A program made the position numbers and the translations under genes. From the NCBI GenBank assembly GCA_022821065.1, contig JAJEEK010000037.1, positions 16,642-80,641 of the forward strand: a DNA stretch of 64,000 nt, in the 5' to 3' direction. The notes under the pieces are model-generated. The model was given only the letters and a program-made list of their open reading frames with translations. It was not told the origin of the DNA and did not search any database. Origin of the DNA: Candidatus Poribacteria bacterium. GTDB taxonomy: Bacteria > Poribacteria > WGA-4E > WGA-3G. Shown here one piece after another: positions 35,159 to 43,283 of this stretch (within the stretch, counting starts at the first letter, position 1; the number at the start of each line of letters is the position of its first letter).

Positions 35159-37084
35159 CTATAAGAACGGGTTATTTGCATCGAAATAATATGCGGGTTC
35201 CTCTACCGAGGTTTGGCTGTCCTTTGTTAATCGGACGGGTGCGGAGAACTGCTCTATGATTTCTTTTTGCGCGAGCCATTCGCATGCCAATTCCAGTGCG
35301 AGTCCGCGTTTACCGAAATGCATATAGATGTCGGTTATCGTGCGTTCTTCGCCTGATTCCTCTAAGAAATCGAGGAGCGGTTTGAATAATATCTGTAAGT
35401 TGTCTTCCAAATACATGTCTACCTGTTCAAGCGCGTCTCGAAGCATCGCCTCATCTTTCGGTTTGTCTATCAGGTCTGTGAAAACGGTGTTGAAAAAAGA
35501 CGGATTGTGTTTGAGTGCCTGATAGATAACCTTCCGTCGTGGTGTTTCGCTATGCTTGAGTACCTCAATACGTGCCAATTGCCTGACCATATAAGTTAGA
35601 TAGAGAAAAGTGTAATCGTAATCCTGCTTGAGGTGGAACCACTTTTCGGCTTTTGCGAGTATTGTCGTTGCCATGGCGGCGGCGTTGAAGAGTTGTGAGT
35701 GCATATCGCGTTCTGCGACACATAAGTAGGACGGATCACCGACGCTGAAGTTCGCGTCTCCATCTACAGAAAAGAGACTGTCTTTAGAGAAGAGGACGCG
35801 GCTTTCGGCGAGGATCGAATGGAGTGTGCTGCCTTGTAGGGTACTGTCGAGCAGTTTCCTGTAATCGCTGCGGGTGTAGAGTTGGACACGGATCGGGATA
35901 CCTTCTTCGATTAATTGAAACTGCCGCTGCTTGAATTTTGTTCCATCTCGGAGGATTAGGGTCATCTGAACGGTTGTTTTTTCCCAGACATTGTCTTCAG
36001 CGAGGTTGCTGGTGAGGATTGCCGCGAGGATGTATCGATCCTGTTCGAGTCTGTCTGTTATACTTTCAACTGCGTTTTGGATCTGTGCGTGAATATCACT
36101 TTTCAGACGCATTTGATCTTGTTTTGCATCCGTTCTGTCATAATAGTAGGCGGGTTCTTCGACGGCAATCTGGCTTTTCACAGTGAGTTTCATCGGCATC
36201 GCGACCTGCTTGACGATCCCTTTCCATGCCAACCACTGGCAGACCAGATCGAGCGATTCTTCATCAAATTCTGGTATGCCTTCACTGTTGTGTAATCCGC
36301 GTCCTAAGTCGGCGTTCAATTCGGTCATGGAACGCGGCGTTTTCTGCTCAGCCAAATAGTCGAGAACGGGTTGAAAAATAAATTGCCGTTCATCAAGGTA
36401 GCCGTTAATCGTATCAAGCGCGTCCTGAAGGACCGGTTCGTTTTTTTCGCGGTTGATAAAATCTGTATAAACACGATCAAAGAAGTCAGAGTTGTACCGG
36501 AGTGCGGGCTGGATGACCTCGCGGGCTGGGATTTCATTGTTCAGGAGTACCTCTATGCGTGCTAACTCCTGTACGACGTTTAGGAGCGATAAGAAACAGG
36601 TGAGATAATCTTTATTGACGTAAAACTGTTTTTCGGCATAGATGAGGCTCGGCAAAGTACCAGCAATGACGTTGAGAAGTTGAAATTGTTTATCACGTTC
36701 GCCGATGTTATTGAGGTTCGCGTTTTTGTCGTACCACTCTTGGATGGAGGCATCCCGTGAAAAAAGGAGCGTGCTGTGCGAGAAATAAGAGTGCATAAAA
36801 GAACCTTGTTGCGCGCTTTCTATCGACTGCTTAAAAGCGTTTCGTGGCGTTATGTTGGCGTGGATGTTTACGCCGTTTTCGACGAGCGAAAAGAAAGATT
36901 GTGTCGGGCGAATCGCATCTCTACCGATGAGTTCGACATCGAGGTCCGATTTCTCCCATACTTGTGCGTAAGAGAAGCTGCCAGCGACAATGGCGGCGAG
37001 GATATAGGGATCCTTTTCAACCTTCTCGACGAGTGCGTCCACGGCTTTGTGGTACTGCTGTTCAATAACGTCTTGGGATCGCAT
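35159..37084 (-). CDS. Internally duplicated nucleotidyltransferase-fold / helical (HEPN-like) / winged-helix protein
   Basis: The two ~329 aa halves are collinear. Half 1 has the Pol-beta NTase motif GS-x10-DLD (AGSFSYAQVWEKSDLDVE). Half 2 has lost it (LTSNLAEDNVWEKTTVQMT). Both halves end ...SVEEPAYY(Y/F)D. Start set at ATG 37084, preceded by AGGAGA. Confidence 0.55.
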   Translation of the reverse strand: MRSQDVIEQQYHKAVDALVEKVEKDPYILAAIVAGSFSYAQVWEKSDLDVELIGRDAIRPTQSFFSLVENGVNIHANITPRNAFKQSIESAQQGSFMHSYFSHSTLLFSRDASIQEWYDKNANLNNIGERDKQFQLLNVIAGTLPSLIYAEKQFYVNKDYLTCFLSLLNVVQELARIEVLLNNEIPAREVIQPALRYNSDFFDRVYTDFINREKNEPVLQDALDTINGYLDERQFIFQPVLDYLAEQKTPRSMTELNADLGRGLHNSEGIPEFDEESLDLVCQWLAWKGIVKQVAMPMKLTVKSQIAVEEPAYYYDRTDAKQDQMRLKSDIHAQIQNAVESITDRLEQDRYILAAILTSNLAEDNVWEKTTVQMTLILRDGTKFKQRQFQLIEEGIPIRVQLYTRSDYRKLLDSTLQGSTLHSILAESRVLFSKDSLFSVDGDANFSVGDPSYLCVAERDMHSQLFNAAAMATTILAKAEKWFHLKQDYDYTFLYLTYMVRQLARIEVLKHSETPRRKVIYQALKHNPSFFNTVFTDLIDKPKDEAMLRDALEQVDMYLEDNLQILFKPLLDFLEESGEERTITDIYMHFGKRGLALELACEWLAQKEIIEQFSAPVRLTKDSQTSVEEPAYYFDANNPFL

Positions 37085-37271
37085 GGGGTCTCCTATTTCG
37101 ATGTATTCTGAAGCCGAATTTTGTTTTACCAAATAGGGAATTCTCTATTGTTAATTATACTATAAATCTGTTAAGAATGCAAGTAAATTTGACAAGGATT
37201 GTCAGTTATGGAATCAGTCATCGGTAGAGGCGTTTCATCGTTTTTATCGGACATCAAATTGACACCACTTT

Positions 37272-37300
37272 TTGCAATAATTTTCCATTTATGCTAATAT
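37272..37300 (+). promoter_or_regulatory. Sigma-70-like promoter upstream of the discoidin-domain gene
   Basis: TTGCAA, 17 nt spacer, TAATAT. A GGAGGA ribosome-binding site precedes the ATG at 37339. Confidence 0.35.
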
Positions 37301-37338
37301 TGACACCAAGTGGAAGCTCAGAAACGGAGGAACGTACG

Positions 37339-38052
37339 ATGAGATGGGTAAATTATGGGTGGTTTGCGTTGATAGTGGTGCTAATCAGCACGTCTGCTGT
37401 CTTCGCACTGCATGATGAAGATCAGGGACCTGAGAAGTTTGGACGCTACGAATTCAAGGAACAGGACATCAAAGCTGCAACGGACGCGTGTGAAGCTGGG
37501 GGTAGACCGGGACCCGAATTCGTACCGACAGTCCGAGACAATGAACCGAACTTAGCACTTTTGAAGGATGCGAAAGCGGAGGCATCTTCTTCTATAGCGG
37601 GCTGGTGTCCGCAACGGCACTGCACCGAATATCTCAACGACGGTTTTTATAACAACTGCCGAAGTTGGATTATCGGAACAATACCGGGTTGGGCACAAGT
37701 TGATATTGGTGATGTTGCGAATGTGAATCGTATTATTTTCGGTAGCGATCATTCGCAAGGTTTTCTTGACAGGATGGCAGTGGATTTTGATGTCCTTGTT
37801 GCAACAACGAAGGCTGACCCGGATTCCGAAGCGAATACGTGGGAGAAAGTCTACACGCACAAAGGGGACCCCGTCAGCGAGACGACTGAATTCACTTTTG
37901 ATGATGTAGCGGCTCGATGGCTCCGCATCCATGTCCGAACGAACGCTGGCACGCGGATCGACGAACTCGAGATTTACGGTGGCCGGGATCCGATGGCTGT
38001 TGAACCGAAAGACAAACTCACCATAACGTGGGGAACCCTCAAAATACAATGA
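37339..38052 (+). CDS. Secreted/anchored F5/8 type C (discoidin, galactose-binding-like) domain protein
   Basis: It begins with the signal-anchor MRWVNYGWFALIVVLISTSAVFA. The C-terminal ARWLRIHVRTNAGTRIDELEIYG is a typical discoidin-domain ending. Confidence 0.6.
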   Translation: MRWVNYGWFALIVVLISTSAVFALHDEDQGPEKFGRYEFKEQDIKAATDACEAGGRPGPEFVPTVRDNEPNLALLKDAKAEASSSIAGWCPQRHCTEYLNDGFYNNCRSWIIGTIPGWAQVDIGDVANVNRIIFGSDHSQGFLDRMAVDFDVLVATTKADPDSEANTWEKVYTHKGDPVSETTEFTFDDVAARWLRIHVRTNAGTRIDELEIYGGRDPMAVEPKDKLTITWGTLKIQ

Positions 38053-39059
38053 ATTCTAAAAAATCGTTAGCGATAGGCATTATCGGTGCGGGGCGTATGG
38101 GGGGGCATCACCATAAAGCGGTAGCCGACTACGGTGGACGCGTCGTTGCGGTGCATGATGTGCGGCTTGACGCGGCCCGTGAACTTGCGATGGATGCCGA
38201 CACAGCACTCGCGACGACCGAATTAGGTGCGTTTTTTGATGTAGAGATGGACGGGGTGGTGGTGACGACACCACCGCCTGTCCGATTTGAACCGATTCAG
38301 ATGGCGTGCGATCGCGGTATTCCGATGTTGATCGAAAAACCGCCTGCTCTAAATATGGCTGAAGGCAGGAGATGCCTCGCGTGCATTGAGGAGGTGGGTG
38401 TTATCGCTGCTGTCGGATTCCAACTCCGGTACCATCCGCTCTATGAGCGGCTGCAAACGTTAATCGCGACAGAGACGATACATCTTGTTCGGACGGTCTG
38501 TACGATTGACTATTACCTCACATTCAGAATGCCGTCGTGGTTTCTGAAGTCTGAGATTAGTGGCGGTCCATTACCGGAACAGGCGGTGCATGTCTTGGAT
38601 TGTGCACGGTTCGTTATGGGGAACCCGAAACCGGTACAGGCGCATGCACTCGCAACGAAAAATATGGCGTTAGAGCGGACAGAATTCGACGCGGAAAACG
38701 CCATCCAGATGACGTACCAATTAGATAACGGCGTTTTCGGGACACATACGAACCATTGTGGGACGGAAAGATTTTGTTTTGAAGTTGAAGTCCTCGGACC
38801 GCACCTGCGGCTACACGCAAATATGACAGACAGTACCATTCACGGCTATCTTAACGGCGAAATCGTCAACGAACCGGTCGTTGGTGAGAACAGTTTGGAG
38901 TTAGATAAAACCGGCGCGTGGCTGTGTGCCATTGAAACAGGCGACAGGTCACTCATTCGGTCGCCTTTCGCTGACGCAGTCCAAACCCTCGCGTTGATTG
39001 ATGCTGCGGTCCAAAGCCGCGGTACTGGCAGATTTATTAACGTGGAAGAGTTGAATTAG
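38049..39059 (+). CDS. Gfo/Idh/MocA family oxidoreductase
   Basis: Rossmann motif LAIGIIGAGRMGGHH and EKP motif (LIEKPPAL). The ATG overlaps the upstream stop as ATGA at 38049-38052. Confidence 0.8.
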   Translation: MNSKKSLAIGIIGAGRMGGHHHKAVADYGGRVVAVHDVRLDAARELAMDADTALATTELGAFFDVEMDGVVVTTPPPVRFEPIQMACDRGIPMLIEKPPALNMAEGRRCLACIEEVGVIAAVGFQLRYHPLYERLQTLIATETIHLVRTVCTIDYYLTFRMPSWFLKSEISGGPLPEQAVHVLDCARFVMGNPKPVQAHALATKNMALERTEFDAENAIQMTYQLDNGVFGTHTNHCGTERFCFEVEVLGPHLRLHANMTDSTIHGYLNGEIVNEPVVGENSLELDKTGAWLCAIETGDRSLIRSPFADAVQTLALIDAAVQSRGTGRFINVEELN

Positions 39060-39085
39060 AAAAGCGCGAAGCTTGGAACACATAG

Positions 39086-39104
39086 GGGCGAGGTCTCCTC
39101 GTCC
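39086..39104. repeat. GC-rich hairpin GGGCGAGG-TCT-CCTCGTCC downstream of a stop codon
   Basis: An 8 bp stem lies 27 nt after the stop at 39059. It has the same design as the hairpin at 48127-48147. There is no U-tract. Confidence 0.35.
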
Positions 39105-39185
39105 GTATAGAAAGCGGATAGATGGAAAGATCCTTGAAATCCGTTGGGGAAACCCCACTTCACCGAACCATAAGGAAAATAAAAA

Positions 39186-39524
39186 ATGATCGATTGGATC
39201 TATTTTCGGAACAGCTGAAACTCATGTAAAAAAGTGCAAGAGTTTCTTGACACACATAACTTACAAGCGGAAAACCGTACGGACGCTCGAAAAGAACGGA
39301 TGGATGCCGAAGCGGTATGGGATTTAATGGGCAGTGCGAAGCATATCGTTGTCGCGAAAGGGAAGCGCGTTGAAACTTTCGTGCCGTCTGAGGAGACACA
39401 AGAACCGATCCTGAAAGCGGTCCTTGGTCGTAGTGGTAGCCTGCGGGCACCGACAGTCCAGAGTGGGGATGCCTTTCTTGTCGGTTACAACGTGGCACTC
39501 TATGAGAACCCACCGTTTGTCTAA
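39186..39524 (+). CDS. ArsC/Spx-family thioredoxin-fold protein with in-frame TGA (candidate selenocysteine, U-x-x-C)
   Basis: ATG 39186 lies behind an AAGGA ribosome-binding site. The frame reads MIDWIYFRNS-TGA-NSCKKVQEFLD and continues into the track ORF 39234-39524. The TGA (39216-39218) aligns with the first Cys of the family's Y-x4-C-x-x-C-(R/K)-K motif. Confidence 0.5.
39217..39246 (+). promoter_or_regulatory. Stem-loop immediately 3' of the in-frame TGA (candidate bacterial SECIS)
   Basis: GAAACUC pairs with GAGUUUC (7 bp). After an A-A mismatch come 4 more pairs (UGUA/UGCA including one G-U) and the apical loop AAAAAG. Confidence 0.3.
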
Positions 39525-39545
39525 ATCCTACGAGGACGGAAACCG

Positions 39546-40313
39546 ATGGCAACCATTGAAAAAGTTTTGATTACCGGTGCGAGTGGATATTTAGCACAAT
39601 TTATTATTGACCGGTTGCACGGCACGTACCAATTGACGCTTACCGACATTGTTGAACCAGCGCATATACCTGAAAACACGACCTTTATCAAAGCGGATGT
39701 GACGAATGCTTCTGAAATTGAAACAGCGTGTACGGATCAGGATGCGGTTGTGCATCTCGTCGCCTTGGTACGCGGACGGTCCGGTAAACCTGCTTCCTTG
39801 TTTGCTGATGTGATGGTGAAGGGGACATGGAATGTTGCAGAAGCCTGTGTTCAGCAAGGTGTTCGGAGATTGGTGAATATTTCGAGTATCTCGGCGTGCC
39901 CTCCTGCGCCGAGTGCCAAACTGCCTTACGAGGTCAACGACGATTTTCAGTTCGGTCCGGGGGACCTCTACTATTCGTTGGCGAAGTATCTCGGTGAACA
40001 GATCGGTGCAGCGTATCATCAGGCACGTGGATTGGACGTAATTCATGTCCGTCCGGGTGTTATCGCAGGAGATGGGCAAAATCCCGGTCCGTCAGCACCT
40101 GATGTTGTAACGGGTCCTTGGTTCGTTTATGTGGATCCGAGAGATGTTGCGCAGTGTGTTGCTTGTGCGATTGAGACGGAAACCGTAAACTATGGCGCGT
40201 ACAACGCTGTCGCTGGACGTGCAGATTCCCGTTTTTCGTGGCAGCAGGCAAAAGACGATTTGGGGTATTCACCGGAACATAACTGGCCAGATATCCCCGG
40301 TGACGATGCGTAA
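39546..40313 (+). CDS. NAD-dependent epimerase/dehydratase (extended SDR)
   Basis: Rossmann motif VLITGASGYLAQFI and the catalytic YxxxK (YSLAKYLGE). Confidence 0.8.
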   Translation: MATIEKVLITGASGYLAQFIIDRLHGTYQLTLTDIVEPAHIPENTTFIKADVTNASEIETACTDQDAVVHLVALVRGRSGKPASLFADVMVKGTWNVAEACVQQGVRRLVNISSISACPPAPSAKLPYEVNDDFQFGPGDLYYSLAKYLGEQIGAAYHQARGLDVIHVRPGVIAGDGQNPGPSAPDVVTGPWFVYVDPRDVAQCVACAIETETVNYGAYNAVAGRADSRFSWQQAKDDLGYSPEHNWPDIPGDDA

Positions 40314-40321
40314 GGACGTTT

Positions 40322-41752
40322 ATGACTCCTGAAAACAGTAAAACCCAATCACGAAGTGCTGAACTCCGTGAACAAGTCGCCGTGCTTGATGCTGAACTTA
40401 CTGAGGATTTCAAAGCACAATTCTCAGTATCTCCCTTCTTGTCGCGGAAAATTGTGAGTTTTCAAGGAAATAAGGATAAACCTGCGTATAGTTGGTACAA
40501 ATACAAAGAAGCCTTCTCAGTCCCCCTTGTTGAATATTTCCTCAGTAGTTACGATGGACAAATATCAGAAAAGGTGCTCGATCCGTTTGCTGGGATAGGC
40601 ACAACGCTGTTTGCCGCAAGTTCTCAAGGAATCCCTGCCGATGGTATAGAATTGTTGCCTATCGGACAAGAGATTATCCACGCACGCCTTTTGTCTGAAA
40701 GAGAAATGTCGTCGGATGATCTCGCTACACTTGAGCATTGGATAACCTCTTTTCCTTGGAACGAATGTCGAGAAAGGGTGCCATTCAGTACAATCCGAAT
40801 CACAGAGAACGCCTATCCGCAAGAAACAGTGGAGACAATCGAAAGGTATAGAGGGGCACTCCATGAAGAAAATGAGAAAATCCAGACGATTCTGCAATTC
40901 GCACTACTGTGTATTTTAGAAAGCATCAGTTACACCCGAAAAGATGGACAGTATTTGCGTTGGGATGCTCGATCAGGTAAGAGACGACCTGGGACAAAGG
41001 CTTTCGACAAAGGTGAAATCCTTCCTTTTGATGCTGCTATAACCGCTAAGCTCAAAGAAATTTTATCGGATATCCGCAATGCTGAGACCCCTCTAACGCT
41101 TTTTCCTGTTAAACAGACAGCGAAGGATATTAGGTTATTCAAAGGTTCATGTCTTGAGATTCTTCCAACACTTGAAACGGCTGCTTACGGTGCAGTTATG
41201 ACTTCTCCACCGTATTGTAACCGTTACGATTACACGCGGACTTATGCACTTGAACTCGCGATGTTAGGATTGACACATACAGAAGTTTCTGATTTACGGC
41301 AAGAAATGCTCAGTTGTACTGTAGAAAATAGAGAAAAGGATCTCTTGAAAATCTGTCCGCAGTGGAATCCATTTATAGAAGCAGCCAGTCAGCAAAAACT
41401 ACTACAGGCAATATATGCCTATCTTGAACATGAAAAGGCATCCGGCAATTTAAACAACAGTGGCATCCCAAGGATGGTTCGCGGATATTTCTCTGAAATG
41501 GCATGTGTCATCGGCGAATGCGCTCGCGTCCTAAAGCCAAATGCGCGTCTTTTCATGGTAAACGATAACGTACGCTATGCGGGTGTAAGCATCTCGGTAG
41601 ACACGATTTTATCCGACGTTGCGCGGTCCCTCGGTTTTGAGGTGGAAAAGATCCTTGTTGTCCCCGGCAAGAAAGGAAACAGCAGTCAGCAAATGGGAAC
41701 GTATGGGCGGGTACCCCTTCGGAAATGCGTATATGTCTGGAGAAAGAGATAG
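40322..41752 (+). CDS. DNA methyltransferase (N6-adenine/N4-cytosine type, motif I before motif IV)
   Basis: The AdoMet motif is LDPFAGIGTT (about aa 87). The catalytic motif is VMTSPPYCNRYDY (SPPY, about aa 297), about 200 aa further downstream. An AAGGA ribosome-binding site lies 8 nt after the SDR gene stop. Confidence 0.8.
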   Translation: MTPENSKTQSRSAELREQVAVLDAELTEDFKAQFSVSPFLSRKIVSFQGNKDKPAYSWYKYKEAFSVPLVEYFLSSYDGQISEKVLDPFAGIGTTLFAASSQGIPADGIELLPIGQEIIHARLLSEREMSSDDLATLEHWITSFPWNECRERVPFSTIRITENAYPQETVETIERYRGALHEENEKIQTILQFALLCILESISYTRKDGQYLRWDARSGKRRPGTKAFDKGEILPFDAAITAKLKEILSDIRNAETPLTLFPVKQTAKDIRLFKGSCLEILPTLETAAYGAVMTSPPYCNRYDYTRTYALELAMLGLTHTEVSDLRQEMLSCTVENREKDLLKICPQWNPFIEAASQQKLLQAIYAYLEHEKASGNLNNSGIPRMVRGYFSEMACVIGECARVLKPNARLFMVNDNVRYAGVSISVDTILSDVARSLGFEVEKILVVPGKKGNSSQQMGTYGRVPLRKCVYVWRKR

Positions 41753-42698
41753 TGCCATATCGCCGACATTTATCCACCAGTACCGACCTCATAACTGCTC
41801 CCGAGGAAATTCGCGCCGGTTTCGTTGCTTTGGCTTTGGAAAGAAGTCGGCAAGCGTCCCCTTTTGTAGAACAAGCGCGTGCTCTGAAAATTTCAGCTAT
41901 GCGTGCTAAACGCCCTAGCGAACTGCTTGATATTCAGGGAATACGAACTGCCCTACTAACCGCGTCTGGATTTTCAGAAAAAGCAACTACACATACAAAT
42001 GAAACCGATAAAACAATTGCTATTCAAAGTTTTATAGAGAAATTTTTAGAGCCAGCAGGGACGAATTTTGTTGAGGAACTGGTCTACAGATTTCTGTTGA
42101 CACGCGGAGATTCATTAGGGGCTCAATGCGAAATATCGCAGGGAAACTGGCAGAAAGAAAAGTTAATCGAGCTATCATTTCTGCACTGACACTAACCGAA
42201 ACAACTTATCAGTGGCTTAATGCTGCGAGTAACACGTGGATCGACGGGACACGCGACGATGCGGACATAGAATTGAGTCTCAAAGGACTCAGTTGGAAAA
42301 AGGACAAAGAAATACGAACACTGGTTTACAATCGTACAATTCCGCTTGTAGGAAAAAACATAGACATGTGTCTACTCCATTGTACACCAGATGAAGTGAA
42401 ACCTGCAACTTACAGAATACCTGAGAAGTTTATTGCCTTTGGAGAGTTGAAGGGTGGAATAGATCCAGCAGGGGCAGATGAACATTGGAAAACTGCTCAA
42501 ACTGCCTTAACACGTATCAAAACCGCTTTTGCTAATGTGAATCTATCGCCAGATCTCTTTTTTATTCCGGCAGTTATCGTTGACAGCATGGCACGAGAAA
42601 TTTGGAACCAACTCGAGGAAGGCACTCTGAAAAATGCAGCTAACTTAACAGAGCCGGATCAAGTCGCATCGTTAGCTAATTGGCTTGTTGGTTTGTAG
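41752..42698 (+). pseudogene. Type II restriction endonuclease-like gene (PD-ExK) split by a 1-nt frameshift at a G-run
   Basis: Track ORFs 41725-42189 and 42126-42698 overlap in adjacent frames. One extra G in GGGG (42118-42121) would read ...LLTRGDSLGGSMRNIAGKLAERK. The second part carries D (NIDMCLL) ... ELK (FGELKGG). The span is 947 nt, one short of a multiple of 3. A GTG start at 41752 overlaps the methylase TAG. Confidence 0.5.
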
Positions 42699-42729
42699 CC
42701 GTAACAACTACTTCACTTTTCGCCTATTT

Positions 42730-42762
42730 AGAGAACGTTTAGAATTAAAGAGACGGTTCTCT
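42730..42762. terminator. Hairpin between the convergent R-M and ATPase/nuclease operons
   Basis: AGAGAAC...GTTCTCT forms a 7 bp stem followed by GTTTAAAG. It sits between the stops at 42698 (+) and 42771 (-). Confidence 0.3.
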
Positions 42763-42770
42763 GTTTAAAG

Positions 42771-43283
42771 TCAGAGATAACCTGCCTCGGATAGTAGATT
42801 AGCGAGGTTTCTTTTTCTACCACAACGTCCTATCAAAATCTGCAGGGGTTTACCTTGGAAGTTCACTGTAAATTGTTGTCGATGTCTTGGATTCGTCCAG
42901 TTAATGCCCCGTCCGTGGAACAGCACTGGAACGTAGACGGTTTCTCCACCTTCCTTTCGATTCGGAGCGATAGTAGCGGCAAATTTCAAACTGTTTTCTA
43001 ATTTTTCGCGGACATCTGATTCCTCGGCTTTACCACTTTTGAGTTCAATTGGAACCGCTATGAAGGTCTTTTTAGCATCATTGTCGTAAAATAGCATCCG
43101 GTCACACCGTTTTCCGCTCTCTCCACGTGCGTCAAATTCTTTCTCTACATCTATTATGACCTTCTGGCTGGGTATGTCGGTAAGGTATACCTGACAGCCT
43201 TCTCCACTGCATGAATTCGTGAGGCTGTCTGAGGATACCTGCTCTTGAATGTGGGTAAGACTTTTATTCAGATTCAACCGCAT
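42771..43283 (-). CDS. Small PD-(D/E)xK-type putative nuclease, partner of the upstream ATPase
   Basis: GKRCDRMLFYDN...FIAVPIELKSGK gives a D...E-x-K arrangement on alternating beta-strand-like segments. It overlaps the ATPase gene by 20 nt from ATG 43283 (an alternative TTG lies at 43304). Confidence 0.45.
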   Translation of the reverse strand: MRLNLNKSLTHIQEQVSSDSLTNSCSGEGCQVYLTDIPSQKVIIDVEKEFDARGESGKRCDRMLFYDNDAKKTFIAVPIELKSGKAEESDVREKLENSLKFAATIAPNRKEGGETVYVPVLFHGRGINWTNPRHRQQFTVNFQGKPLQILIGRCGRKRNLANLLSEAGYL

